From: Eledone cirrhosa | Lineage: Eukaryota | Direction: 5' to 3' | Assembly (NCBI GenBank): GCA_964016885.1 | Contig: OZ024752.1 | Location: forward strand, 33,418,001-33,482,000 | Length of the DNA: 64,000 nt | Shown here: positions 57,402 through 64,000 of the stretch, piece by piece | Layout of the letters: each line of letters begins with the position of its first letter | Position numbering within the stretch: position 1 is the stretch's first letter | The notes under the pieces: model-generated | The model's database searches: none | Seen by the model: the letters and a program-made list of their open reading frames with translations, nothing else | What the model was told of the DNA's origin: nothing | Made by a program: the position numbers and the translations under genes

Positions 57402-59242
57402 CTGACTGAACACTCAATACATATATAGCAGTGTACACATTTTGTTTTACTAATAAAAATGTTCCACTGACTTCGAAGCTTCGGCTGTAATTCGCCTCTT
57501 TAGATATTATATCTATATAAAATAATGCTATTAATAAGAATAGTAACAGGAATAACAAAGTAGAAAGAAGAATTGGTCAGAAATTTACTGCGAGTTCATA
57601 TATATATATATACGTTCACATATATATATATACGTTCACATATATACATATACATACACATATATACATACACCCACAAACATACAGAGAGAGAGAAGGG
57701 GAGGAGAGAGAGAGAGAGAGAGAGAGAGAAGAAATAGATTAGTGTTCCATTTCAATCCAGTGCATCAGTGTAATAAAGAAAATAATACAGCCACAAGCCG
57801 AGCATCAAAAATGTGTGTACAGAGAGAGGGGGCCGGGCGGGGTTGTACATTTCTTAGACCAGGTGATTTCAAGAACCCATGATTAACGAAAAGTACATTT
57901 CTTCTTTAATGATGTCAAAAGTGTTGAATATTCACATCATTATCGAAACAATTATATAATAACGACACGTCATTTTCGCTTTGAATGAATTATCACTTGA
58001 TATAATATATATATATATATATATATTATAGAGAGAGAGAGAGAGATAGAGAGAGAAATGGCTTCTACAGGACTAGAACTGTTCCATTCGAAGGAAATCA
58101 CCAGGAAAGCCCTGACGATGTCCTTTCAATCAAACAGTTCTAGTCCTGTAGAAGCCATTTCTATATTAAATATTGTATATATACTCTATGTATTGAGTAC
58201 CTTACTGTGGTTACAAGCGATTGAACCCGGATATATTATATATATATATATATCGGAACAAAAATAAGATGAATTGAAATAAGGAAAAATATTAAAAGAT
58301 AACAAAATACTAAGATGTGTGAGTGTGATGACATAGGTTGTAGGAAATTCCAATGCAGATTTTAAAATATATATATATAACCAGGACTTTTTTTTTTTGT
58401 ATTTCACTTTTAATCAATGTTTGGTTGCGTTAATTAGTACACAGTATGTCTGGGAAATTATTCAGTCTCACAGATTATAAATAGTTTAAATAAAATATGA
58501 AAACTGCAGTTTGTAGAATTAAAAAAAAATATATATATATATATATAAATATAAATAATATACAACGCAAGATAAAAGGAATTAAGAGAATTTTTTTGTT
58601 GTTTGGAGAGGTTTTATTTTTATATAATTCTAGTGGAGTATGTATGTATGTATGTATGAATCCTACATATATATATAGCATTCACACATATAACACTAAT
58701 ATATATATATATGTGTATATATATATATATGCACAGGTTCGATAACATACGCGTGCTCACATTACTAATTCACTTATATATTAAAAAGAACTGATTCGCC
58801 ATGTTACTCGAACAATAGTGAAATAAAATATTTTTTTTGTAATTTTACAGTAAAACCAACTTTCGTCATTAGGAAAAAACGACGAATATACATAGAAAAA
58901 ATAATAAAATGAAAAAGAAAATAAATAAAGTTAGATTCGAATGAGGTAATGTAAGACTAGTAATATATAAATATATATATATAAATACAAGGATGTTTGC
59001 CTAGAAAGGCTCGCACGACTAACAACTAAGATAGACATTACAAAAGGAAAATAAACAAGACAAGATGTATAAAAAGTCATAAACTATTATTTTTTTTAAT
59101 ATAATTTTTCAAATAACCGAAACAGAAAGTAAATACTTACATGATTAATTTGAGGCACAATATTCTTATAATTTTTCTTTGTTAAAGTAGCCACTGAATT
59201 ACTTATTTCAGCCAAAGCAAGCGACAGCGAATCGAGATTCAT
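3688..59242 (-). CDS. CNOT1: CCR4-NOT transcription complex subunit 1 (NOT1 scaffold), complete 50-exon CDS, ~2360 aa
   Basis: The spliced translation runs from [10 protein letters not shown]...TKKNY to ...[27 protein letters not shown]...DVH* and is colinear with metazoan CNOT1 as recalled. All introns are GT-AG, phases match at all 49 junctions, and the summed exon length is 7083 nt (divisible by 3). Confidence 0.97.
4404..4538 (-). CDS. CNOT1: CNOT1 exon 49
   Basis: [27 protein letters not shown]...CAPEIEK. Confidence 0.96.
4665..4930. repeat. 49-bp tandem repeat, ~5 copies (SINE-internal unit)
   Basis: Unit gtccaccctctaaggtggtcatgctggtaccttgatgaaagagcaccca. Confidence 0.9.
5273..5583 (-). 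CDS. CNOT1: CNOT1 exon 48
   Basis: [14 protein letters not shown]...[14 protein letters not shown]...IQEQITR. Confidence 0.96.
6175..6555. repeat. 39-bp tandem repeat, ~9 copies
   Basis: Unit aacaggattgctgtatgctaacatactctccgaaaaata. Confidence 0.92.
7499..7706. mobile_element. TTAA piggyBac-type MITE family 1 (orientation B)
   Basis: TTAA TSD, TIR CCCTTTAGCATTTA-like, ~205 bp, matches other copies. Confidence 0.85.
8348..9825. repeat. Composite 41/27-bp minisatellite
   Basis: Units ccagtggcacatctaaagtggcacctcaacaactggctgta and ccagtgacacactaacgactggctgta. Confidence 0.92.
10028..10096 (-). CDS. CNOT1: CNOT1 exon 47
   Basis: [23 protein letters not shown]. Confidence 0.95.
10299..10502. 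mobile_element. TTAA MITE family 1 (orientation B)
   Basis: TTAACCCTTTAGCATTTACATT...TAAATGCTAGAAGGTTAA. Confidence 0.85.
10584..10841 (-). CDS. CNOT1: CNOT1 exon 46
   Basis: [17 protein letters not shown]...[11 protein letters not shown]...FKK. Confidence 0.96.
11233..12395. repeat. Compound AT microsatellite (tatacaatacatataa(ta)n)
   Basis: Low-complexity A/T/C tract; source of the YI-rich pseudo-ORFs. Confidence 0.95.
13155..13256 (-). CDS. CNOT1: CNOT1 exon 45
   Basis: [22 protein letters not shown]...LYK. Confidence 0.95.
14136..14253 (-). CDS. CNOT1: CNOT1 exon 44
   Basis: [25 protein letters not shown]. Confidence 0.95.
14743..14906 (-). CDS. CNOT1: CNOT1 exon 43
   Basis: [13 protein letters not shown]...PYHRIFIML. 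Confidence 0.95.
15046..15242. mobile_element. TTAA MITE family 1 (orientation B, one end truncated)
   Basis: Family-1 internal sequence ending CTAAAGGGTTAA. Confidence 0.8.
15555..15791 (-). CDS. CNOT1: CNOT1 exon 42
   Basis: [21 protein letters not shown]...TKINLLNK. Confidence 0.96.
15909..16143 (-). CDS. CNOT1: CNOT1 exon 41
   Basis: [13 protein letters not shown]...LLREWVN...[11 protein letters not shown]. Confidence 0.95.
16195..16535 (+). mobile_element. Meta-like SINE with a distinct pyrimidine-rich tail
   Basis: Same head and tail architecture at 27185-27485(-) and 62474-62920(+, tail duplicated with ~170-bp period). Confidence 0.65.
16917..17134. mobile_element. TTAA MITE family 1 (orientation A)
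   Basis: TTAACCCTTT...TGCTAAAGGGTTAA; reverse complement of the B copies. Confidence 0.85.
17658..17725 (-). CDS. CNOT1: CNOT1 exon 40
   Basis: [23 protein letters not shown]. Confidence 0.9.
17985..18260 (+). mobile_element. RTE LINE 3' fragment
   Basis: [10 protein letters not shown]...[13 protein letters not shown]; close to 60853-61100; (GAT)n tail. Confidence 0.88.
18313..18411 (-). CDS. CNOT1: CNOT1 exon 39
   Basis: [20 protein letters not shown]...VSE. Confidence 0.92.
18962..19070 (-). CDS. CNOT1: CNOT1 exon 38
   Basis: CREEIKYN...QQFDMYLAQ. Confidence 0.93.
19233..19378 (-). CDS. CNOT1: CNOT1 exon 37
   Basis: VVEAL...[22 protein letters not shown]. Confidence 0.92.
19847..20032 (-). 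CDS. CNOT1: CNOT1 exon 36
   Basis: [12 protein letters not shown]...ALVQK. Confidence 0.9.
20187..20309 (-). CDS. CNOT1: CNOT1 exon 35
   Basis: [24 protein letters not shown]. Confidence 0.94.
21176..21280 (-). CDS. CNOT1: CNOT1 exon 34
   Basis: [35 protein letters not shown]. Confidence 0.95.
21477..21617 (-). CDS. CNOT1: CNOT1 exon 33
   Basis: [10 protein letters not shown]...[19 protein letters not shown]. Confidence 0.94.
22226..22433. mobile_element. TTAA MITE family 1 (orientation B)
   Basis: TSD and TIRs as in other copies. Confidence 0.85.
22722..22877 (-). CDS. CNOT1: CNOT1 exon 32
   Basis: [12 protein letters not shown]...ITCREP...ILR. Confidence 0.94.
23027..23167 (-). CDS. 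CNOT1: CNOT1 exon 31
   Basis: [12 protein letters not shown]...[19 protein letters not shown]. Confidence 0.95.
23644..23916 (-). CDS. CNOT1: CNOT1 exon 30
   Basis: [10 protein letters not shown]...QLSAP...QPQFRYQDI...SEQ. Confidence 0.92.
24036..24170 (-). CDS. CNOT1: CNOT1 exon 29
   Basis: [10 protein letters not shown]...[16 protein letters not shown]. Confidence 0.95.
24711..24821 (-). CDS. CNOT1: CNOT1 exon 28
   Basis: [12 protein letters not shown]...[13 protein letters not shown]. Confidence 0.95.
24940..25056 (-). CDS. CNOT1: CNOT1 exon 27
   Basis: VLLRSDK...[27 protein letters not shown]. Confidence 0.95.
25049..25272. repeat. 46-bp tandem repeat, ~5 copies, spanning the exon 27 acceptor
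   Basis: Unit aatagtatctacaatcagaaatttatgcaataaaaatatattttgt starting at 25049, 25095, 25141, 25187, 25233. Confidence 0.92.
25966..26145 (-). CDS. CNOT1: CNOT1 exon 26 (MIF4G, CAF1-binding region)
   Basis: AEEL...[12 protein letters not shown]...ETFRNIK. Confidence 0.95.
26264..26404 (-). CDS. CNOT1: CNOT1 exon 25
   Basis: [12 protein letters not shown]...[14 protein letters not shown]. Confidence 0.94.
26844..27068 (-). CDS. CNOT1: CNOT1 exon 24
   Basis: [12 protein letters not shown]...GTMPK. Confidence 0.9.
28105..28183 (-). CDS. CNOT1: CNOT1 exon 23
   Basis: [26 protein letters not shown]. Confidence 0.94.
28960..29452 (+). mobile_element. RTE-like LINE 3' fragment with (GAA)n tail
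   Basis: [22 protein letters not shown] relic; same family at 5790-5992(+), 40560-40795(+), 42955-43227(-), 63500-63830(-). Confidence 0.75.
29470..29580 (-). CDS. CNOT1: CNOT1 exon 22
   Basis: [17 protein letters not shown]...[10 protein letters not shown]. Confidence 0.95.
29646..29848. mobile_element. TTAA MITE family 1 (orientation A)
   Basis: TTAACCCTTTAGCATTTA...TAAATGCTAAAGGGTTAA, perfect TIRs. Confidence 0.9.
29891..30015 (-). CDS. CNOT1: CNOT1 exon 21
   Basis: [32 protein letters not shown]. Confidence 0.95.
30505..30968 (-). mobile_element. Cluster of three Meta-domain-like tRNA SINE copies
   Basis: Minus strand GAGTTCAAATCC B-box and GCCTTTCATCCTT..GGGGTCGATAAAATAAAGTACCAG; other copies at ~5125-5262, 35763-35933, 41547-41657, 43975-44190, 54582-54790, 63885-63960. 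Confidence 0.75.
31013..31185 (-). CDS. CNOT1: CNOT1 exon 20
   Basis: [22 protein letters not shown]...[12 protein letters not shown]. Confidence 0.95.
31301..31570 (+). mobile_element. tRNA-derived CORE-like SINE, different tail
   Basis: TGGCCGAGTGGT A-box and TTCTTGAGCAAAACACTT core; related minus-strand copies at ~40860-41092, 42465-42712 and 44920-45100. Confidence 0.65.
31750..32097 (+). mobile_element. tRNA-derived CORE-like SINE with (GAT)n tail
   Basis: A-box TGGCTTAGTGG, B-box-like motif, CORE-like CCTTGAGCAAGACACTT; near-identical copy at 63013-63357. Confidence 0.8.
32170..32301 (-). CDS. CNOT1: CNOT1 exon 19 (linker)
   Basis: Open phase 1-1 exon [10 protein letters not shown]...NKMFM with AG/GT flanks; low conservation. 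Confidence 0.8.
32568..32791. mobile_element. TTAA MITE family 1 (orientation B)
   Basis: TSD and TIRs as in other copies. Confidence 0.85.
32990..33185 (-). CDS. CNOT1: CNOT1 exon 18 (low-complexity linker)
   Basis: MTPLTNM...SPAKGFP...LSTQLQ, phases match neighbours. Confidence 0.88.
33433..33920. repeat. 29-bp tandem repeat, ~17 copies
   Basis: Unit ccaaagtgaaaccagtgcaatattcacct. Confidence 0.93.
34093..34252 (-). CDS. CNOT1: CNOT1 exon 17
   Basis: [12 protein letters not shown]...[10 protein letters not shown]...VIVN. Confidence 0.9.
34912..35060 (-). CDS. CNOT1: CNOT1 exon 16
   Basis: [14 protein letters not shown]...[10 protein letters not shown]. Confidence 0.93.
36018..36140 (-). 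CDS. CNOT1: CNOT1 exon 15
   Basis: ALSMLLN...[27 protein letters not shown]. Confidence 0.95.
36858..36977 (-). CDS. CNOT1: CNOT1 exon 14
   Basis: [11 protein letters not shown]...[10 protein letters not shown]. Confidence 0.95.
37120..37323. mobile_element. TTAA MITE family 1 (orientation B)
   Basis: TIRs and internal sequence as in other copies. Confidence 0.85.
38144..38251 (-). CDS. CNOT1: CNOT1 exon 13
   Basis: [10 protein letters not shown]...[21 protein letters not shown]. Confidence 0.94.
38393..38525 (-). CDS. CNOT1: CNOT1 exon 12
   Basis: [12 protein letters not shown]...[13 protein letters not shown]. Confidence 0.94.
38872..38999 (-). CDS. CNOT1: CNOT1 exon 11
   Basis: [20 protein letters not shown]...DNKEILTW. 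Confidence 0.93.
39637..39807 (-). CDS. CNOT1: CNOT1 exon 10
   Basis: [14 protein letters not shown]...[16 protein letters not shown]. Confidence 0.92.
39964..40182. mobile_element. TTAA MITE family 1 (orientation B)
   Basis: TIRs and internal sequence as in other copies. Confidence 0.85.
40394..40483 (-). CDS. CNOT1: CNOT1 exon 9
   Basis: [10 protein letters not shown]...[14 protein letters not shown]. Confidence 0.9.
41336..41450 (-). CDS. CNOT1: CNOT1 exon 8
   Basis: [12 protein letters not shown]...[10 protein letters not shown]...DQ. Confidence 0.92.
41690..42130 (-). mobile_element. Non-autonomous, probably RTE-derived element inserted in (TA)n
   Basis: GC-richer block between two (TA)n tracts; its 5' part is homologous to 61410-61600, 61850-62120 and 23370-23572. 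Confidence 0.55.
42764..42819 (-). CDS. CNOT1: CNOT1 exon 7
   Basis: [18 protein letters not shown], ends phase 2. Confidence 0.88.
43763..43872 (-). CDS. CNOT1: CNOT1 exon 6
   Basis: [18 protein letters not shown]...PVSM. Confidence 0.92.
44536..44745 (-). mobile_element. Mariner transposase fragment (degenerate)
   Basis: [13 protein letters not shown]...[17 protein letters not shown]/(frameshift)[10 protein letters not shown] resembles the mariner HDNAPxH...YSPDLAPxD motifs. Confidence 0.8.
45168..45311 (-). CDS. CNOT1: CNOT1 exon 5
   Basis: [20 protein letters not shown]...FLNTLRK. Confidence 0.93.
46196..46376 (-). CDS. CNOT1: CNOT1 exon 4
   Basis: [18 protein letters not shown]...[11 protein letters not shown], ends phase 1. 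Confidence 0.94.
46687..46785 (-). CDS. CNOT1: CNOT1 exon 3
   Basis: TQYLIQEF...[12 protein letters not shown] flanks. Confidence 0.94.
47270..48120. mobile_element. Two degenerate RTE fragments in opposite orientation
   Basis: Plus strand GVYIQT...KTKTK and [10 protein letters not shown] relics; 47830-48120 resembles the reverse complement of the 60.6-61 kb RTE. Confidence 0.6.
48129..48353. mobile_element. TTAA MITE family 1 (orientation B)
   Basis: Perfect TTAA-CCCTTTAGCATTTA TIRs. Confidence 0.9.
48880..52742. repeat. ~60-bp minisatellite array (~3.9 kb) in intron 2
   Basis: Unit ccccatgacacctctactgttcaaccatgtaccaacatgtagctaccactgccatctct. Confidence 0.95.
54351..54458 (-). CDS. CNOT1: CNOT1 exon 2
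   Basis: [40 protein letters not shown] flanks. Confidence 0.95.
54857..55054. mobile_element. Second TTAA-flanked MITE family
   Basis: TTAA-CTCTTAACACCCTGTA...TACAAGATGTTAAGAG-TTAA (14/16 TIR); related end near 34865-34883. Confidence 0.7.
56096..56357. repeat. Long imperfect inverted repeat (foldback) in intron 1
   Basis: Arms such as gaccttaggttttgggagtccagttatggcaac / gttgccataactggactcccgaaacctaaggtc and gcgcaaggacaaa / tttgtccttgcgc. Confidence 0.88.
58054..58162. repeat. Palindromic element with perfect ~30-bp terminal arms
   Basis: agaaatggcttctacaggactagaactgtt ... aacagttctagtcctgtagaagccatttct. Confidence 0.88.
59141..59242 (-). CDS. CNOT1: CNOT1 coding exon 1 (start codon)
   Basis: [34 protein letters not shown] followed by donor GTAAGT. 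Confidence 0.93.
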
Positions 59243-59460
59243 ATTCCATGAACACAAATAGCGAAAGCCTCAAATTACTTTGAAGCCTTCTTCAGACTAT
59301 CTTAAGTTCTGAAGGTCTCGTCGAGCAACTGTCCTGTATTAGGACCCAAATAGGGTCGACATTTGGACACCCTCTCACTGACACATAAGCTTATAGAAAT
59401 TGACATGGCATCCCAGTGGCCATGTTGAAGACGTACCCCACACAATATTGAACTAATTTA
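59243..59460 (-). promoter_or_regulatory. Probable CNOT1 5' UTR/core promoter with YY1-like CAACATGGCC motif (59418-59427)
   Basis: Locally GC/CpG-richer segment directly upstream of the ATG; ANATGGC-type motifs are typical near metazoan housekeeping TSSs. Confidence 0.45.
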
Positions 59461-59892
59461 AATAACACTTTTTTTTAAAATAACATAAAATTAACAGCAA
59501 TTGACTCCGAGATTTTTTTTTAAATTAAAGAAAGGTTAAATAAATTAAAAATAAATAATATCTTCAAGAAAATAGTAATAACATTCTTAAAAGTTAATCA
59601 CGTGATATATGTGCAGACGTGATGATCTACAAACTGATTTATTCTCAGCATTTCCTGTCATGAGTAGCACAAGCCTAAGATTTATTATATACATATATAT
59701 TATTTCATCTTTCTGAATAATTTCGTTATTTTTAAATTATTAAAAATATACAAGTTTACATAGTTAAAACATTTTGTAAAGAAAATAAATTATGACTGGT
59801 TATTGCCATAAAATGGTTCTATCTTTCTGTCTTTTATAAAATCAACGATTGTACATTATGTAATCAAATATTTCTAAAATACTGCTAAACTG

Positions 59893-59932
<40 letters not shown>

Positions 59933-60484
59933 CAGCTCTAAAATCACTTTTTTATAGGCTGACTAAGATACTTTCATGGAATGACCAAATGAGGTTTATT
60001 TTTCAACATAGTCCCTAAAAGAAACAATACAGTTATTAATAAGAAGATTTGCCATTAATGCATGCAAGATTTCATAACCCTAGCATCACTCTTTCCAAGA
60101 TACTCTCATGGAATTACCAAATGAGGTTTATTTTTGTCAACATAGTCAACAGTGTCCACACTGTTATGTACATTTTTATTTCATAATTATTTTGTGATAA
60201 TACATATTAGATGTCAAAAATCATCAATCATATAAGTATGACTTGGTCACAAACACTAACACCACTTTATAAAATAATAATGAAATTATTGTGTAAAGTG
60301 CTCAGGTGCACTACAACTCGTCAACGGTGTATGTATAGTACATAGAATAATACACAAATGTCAGGGAAGTGAATAGTGTATGAGTCATGGTATACATGTG
60401 GGTATGTGTATGGAGAAGGAACATTAGCTGTAGTATTGGCGGATCTCGGGAAGCATGGAGGCCTTTATCTTTTATTAAGTTCAT

Positions 60485-61100
60485 TTTCAAATGCAGGTAG
60501 GATCTATAGAGGTGGTTGATAGCTTCCGGTACCTAGGTGATCAGATTAGCAAGGGAGGAGGGTGCTTCAAGGCCATAGTATCTAGAATAAGGACAGGTTG
60601 GAAGAAGTTTAGGGAGCTACTTCCTCTTGACAAAGAAGGATTTCTCCCTACGAACGAAAGGCCAGTTATATGATGCCTGTGTGAGATGTGCAATGCTGCA
60701 TGGTAGTGAGACATGGGCAGCAACTGCGGAGGATATGCAATGGGTGGAGAGAAATGAAGCAAGCATGCTCTGTTGGATGTGCAATGTCAATGTGTGTGAA
60801 CGACCAAGCATAGACAAGTTGAGAGAGAAACTGTGTATCAGAGGGAGAAGATGTAGTGTGCGGGAGAGAAGACTGCGTTGGTATGGACATGTGATGCGCA
60901 TGGAGGATGGCCGCTGGGTAAAGAAGTGCCAAGAAATCCCAGTAGAAGGAAGATGCAATAGAAGAAGACCACAAAAATCATGGGTGGAGGTGGTGAGAGC
61001 TGACCTCAGATCGCTGAAGCTCACAGAGGAGATGACGAAGGACCGTGACGAATTTAGAAATGCAAGCAGGGAAAAGTGGACATAAAATGATGATGATGAT
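60485..61100 (+). mobile_element. RTE-clade LINE 3' fragment (RT C-terminus and (GAT)n tail)
   Basis: [38 protein letters not shown]; frameshifted. Confidence 0.9.
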
Positions 61101-61596
61101 TGATGGTCAGTTGATATTGACTATGGATCTCTCTCTCTATTTCTTTCTCTCCCTTTCTCTCTTACCCCACATCTTTCTCTTTCTCCCGTTTCTTAACTCC
61201 CTCTCTCTCCCCTCCCATTCCTTTTTCTTGTCTTGTAAGTTCAAAGAATAGTATCTAACTCCCATGATCTAAAACCTGGTGTGATATGATGCTCTGACTT
61301 TGTCTTGTGTTCTACCATCTAATTCTTGTTTTTCTTTTTCTTCTCTCTCATTTTCATTACTTGCCATCACTTTATTACCGGTATTTCTTTGATTTACTTG
61401 ACAATGTAGTCATGTCAGGCTTCTGCCTGCAACTGGTACAATGTAACCCTGTACAACCTGCTTCGTGGTCTAGTAGTTGGCGAATAAACCAGCTCCCCGA
61501 TCAGACCCTGATCTGGTGAGAATGGTAGGTGGAATCCCAGCAGCACAAAAACAAGAAAAATAAAAACGAGCTGCTAATAAGGGACAAATGAACTCC

Positions 61597-61824
61597 TTAA
61601 GCCTTTAGCATTTAAACCGACCATATCCGGCCAGAATTCTCTCACCTCTTTCTATTCAAACCAACTGTAACTGGCCACTCATACTGATGTTAAGGTATTG
61701 TTCTCAAAATAAATGATATCAACATCTCATAGATTCGAAATAATGTGAGATAAAGCCTTTACTGTGAAAATATAACAGTAAATATAATAGCATATATAGA
61801 GTAATGAAAATGTTAAAGGGTTAG
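61597..61824. mobile_element. TTAA MITE family 1 (orientation A), nested in an RTE-derived repeat
   Basis: Family-1 sequence interrupting the motif gaactcct-cagagtca seen intact at ~61952. Confidence 0.85.
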
Positions 61825-62284
61825 AGTGAATGGTCATCCCCCTCCATGGTGACTAAACTGGCTCCCCTACCAGACCCTGATTTGATGAAGAAGGTAAGTG
61901 GAACCCCAGCAGCACAAAAAAAAAAAAAAAAGAGCGGTTAAAAGGGTGGATGAACTCCTCAGAGTCAACCCCCAACTATGGGTTAAATAACCTCACCAGT
62001 CTGCAATTGGTTAAGCATGGCTACACCCTAGACATGACCAAAACCAAACAGAAAGCAGTGGAGGTCAACTAGAGAGGGGTTTCTCCAACAAGAGTGAGAA
62101 TGCCCTGGATTGGATTGGATGGAGGTCAACCAGGTTCCTCCAAAAGGAATGAGAAAGGATTAGACTTGACAACATGGACCCCCCACCTCTACTGAATATA
62201 TACACAAATGTTGTATCACCACCACCTCATCATCATCACCATCACCACCACCACCAACCACCACCACCACCACCACCAACAACA

Positions 62285-62315
<31 letters not shown>

Positions 62316-63012
62316 TCATCGTCGTCGTGTAACGTCTATCTTCCAAGCCAGCATATGTTAAACAGGAATTGTCGCATTTGAAGCAAGATTGGTCAAGTGA
62401 CCGTATCTCGCTCGTAGAGGACTGTATCTGGCAGGTTGTATAAGATAATCATATATACAAATATAAAAATATGAGATCAACTTTGCCTTTCACACATTCA
62501 AGGTCGATAAAAAATACCAGTCAAGTTCTGGGATTGATTCTTCCTCTATATCTCTTTCTCACTTCCATTCTCTCACTCTCTATCCTTCTCTGGAAAGAAT
62601 CTGCTGTGTTCAGGTCTGGAGAGGAGATGGGCTCTGCCAGGTTTTAAAATGTCCCAGAAATACCATATATCAATACAGCGTCCCTACAACTCCCTCAGGA
62701 GTTACAGGACTATGCCATGCCATGCCATACCATGCCAAACCCTCACTCTCTATCCTTCTCTGGAAAGAATCTGCTGTGTTCAGGTGTGGAGAGGAGATGG
62801 GCTCTGCCAGGTTTTAAAATGTCCCAGAAATACCATATATATCAATACAGCGTCCCTACAACTCCCTCGGGAGTTACAGGACTATGCCATGCCATACCAT
62901 GCCTTACCATGCCAAACCATGTATTTCTGGCATTGGAAATAACAATATTCTCAAATTTCTTAGATGAAAGTTTTAGTCAATTGAATTAATCACAGTAAAT
63001 TAATTTTTATAC

Positions 63013-63357
63013 AGAGGCACATGGCTTAGTGGTTAGAGCATTGGCCTTGCAATCGAAAGGTTGTGAATTCAATTCTCAGACCGGGTGATGTGTTGTTTCC
63101 TTGAGCAAGACACTTTATTTCAAGTTGCTCCAGTTTACTCAGCTGTAGAAATGAGATGATAGGGACTGGGGTCCCTATCATTCTACTGCAAAGTGGTCGT
63201 GGAGGTGCCACAGCAAAAAGAAAAGCACCCAGCACTCACTGTAAATGAGATTGGTGTTAGGAAGGGCAGCCAGCTGTAGAAATCAAGCCAGAATCAGTTC
63301 CCGCCCCACCCTTGCAAGCAGGGAAAAGTGGGACGTAAAATGAAATGAATGATGATA
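63013..63357 (+). mobile_element. tRNA-derived CORE-like SINE
   Basis: Highly similar to 31750-32097. Confidence 0.8.
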
Positions 63358-63499
63358 CATTAGTCACAGATGAAGAGATAGTATCTATGACCTTTTTAAC
63401 TACCTCCTCCCACCCCATCCACCTTTGACAGGTGAGATTGATGTGGCTGAAAATAAATTTTTTAAACATAAAATGAAATCCAACTAAAACAATGATGAA

Positions 63500-63830
63500 G
63501 CCTTCTTCTTCTTCTTCTTCTTCTTCTTCTTCTTCTTCTTCTTCTTCTTCTTCTTCCTAAGAGGGTCATGGGGGAAGAGTCCCCAAACACTCCTTCCAGT
63601 GGGTCCTGTCAGAAGCAACTGTCTCCAACTGATCCAGCTGGATCCCCAAGCATGACCAGCCAAGCTCATGCATGTTATCCAACCATCTTGCTCAGGCTCT
63701 ACTCCTGGGTCTCCTGCAGGTTGGTTTTTGCCCATAAAATCTGTCCAGCGATTCTTTCCTGCGACATTCTAACCACATGCCCATACTATCAGAACTGTGA
63801 TCTCTCAATTCGGAGAAGTAGCGGCTCTAC
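63500..63830 (-). mobile_element. RTE-like LINE 3' end with (GAA)n tail
   Basis: (CTT)n on + strand followed by sequence homologous to 29140-29450. Confidence 0.75.
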
Positions 63831-64000
63831 TTGAGGAAATCATGTATTTAAATTATGATATCAATGACTGTAAATTTTGAATTACCATAGAACAGAGTGG
63901 GGGAAGTCAATTAAATTGACCCCAGTGCATTACTAGTACTTTATTTTATCGACCTCCGTTACGATGATGTATTTGTGTTAACGATACAGTTTGTATAGTT

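Noticed and set aside
3688-59242. Non-canonical or U12-type introns, pseudogenisation, or clear SNORA46/SNORA50 homologues
   Set aside because: All junctions are GT-AG without the GTATCC U12 donor and the frame is intact. No recognisable snoRNA match by eye; an Rfam scan is needed to exclude one.

Overview
AT-rich, repeat-rich eukaryotic genomic DNA. The SINE/LINE repertoire resembles that of an octopod cephalopod (inference, not verified). The window holds one complete multi-exon gene on the minus strand, CNOT1 (CCR4-NOT scaffold subunit NOT1). I reconstructed 50 GT-AG coding exons by hand, from the ATG at 59242 to the TAA at 3688 (7083 nt, about 2360 aa), with consistent phases at every junction. 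Introns and flanks contain a TTAA-flanked piggyBac-type MITE (about 13 copies in both orientations), tRNA-derived CORE- and Meta-like SINEs, RTE LINE fragments, a mariner fragment, several minisatellites and microsatellites, and several foldback hairpins. The most notable observations are: a tandem array that duplicates a 3' splice site four extra times, an out-of-frame uORF overlapping the start codon, a ~260-nt foldback in intron 1, and degenerate hammerhead-like motifs in palindromic repeats. Most ORFs in the supplied track are spurious. I found no convincing new multi-gene system.
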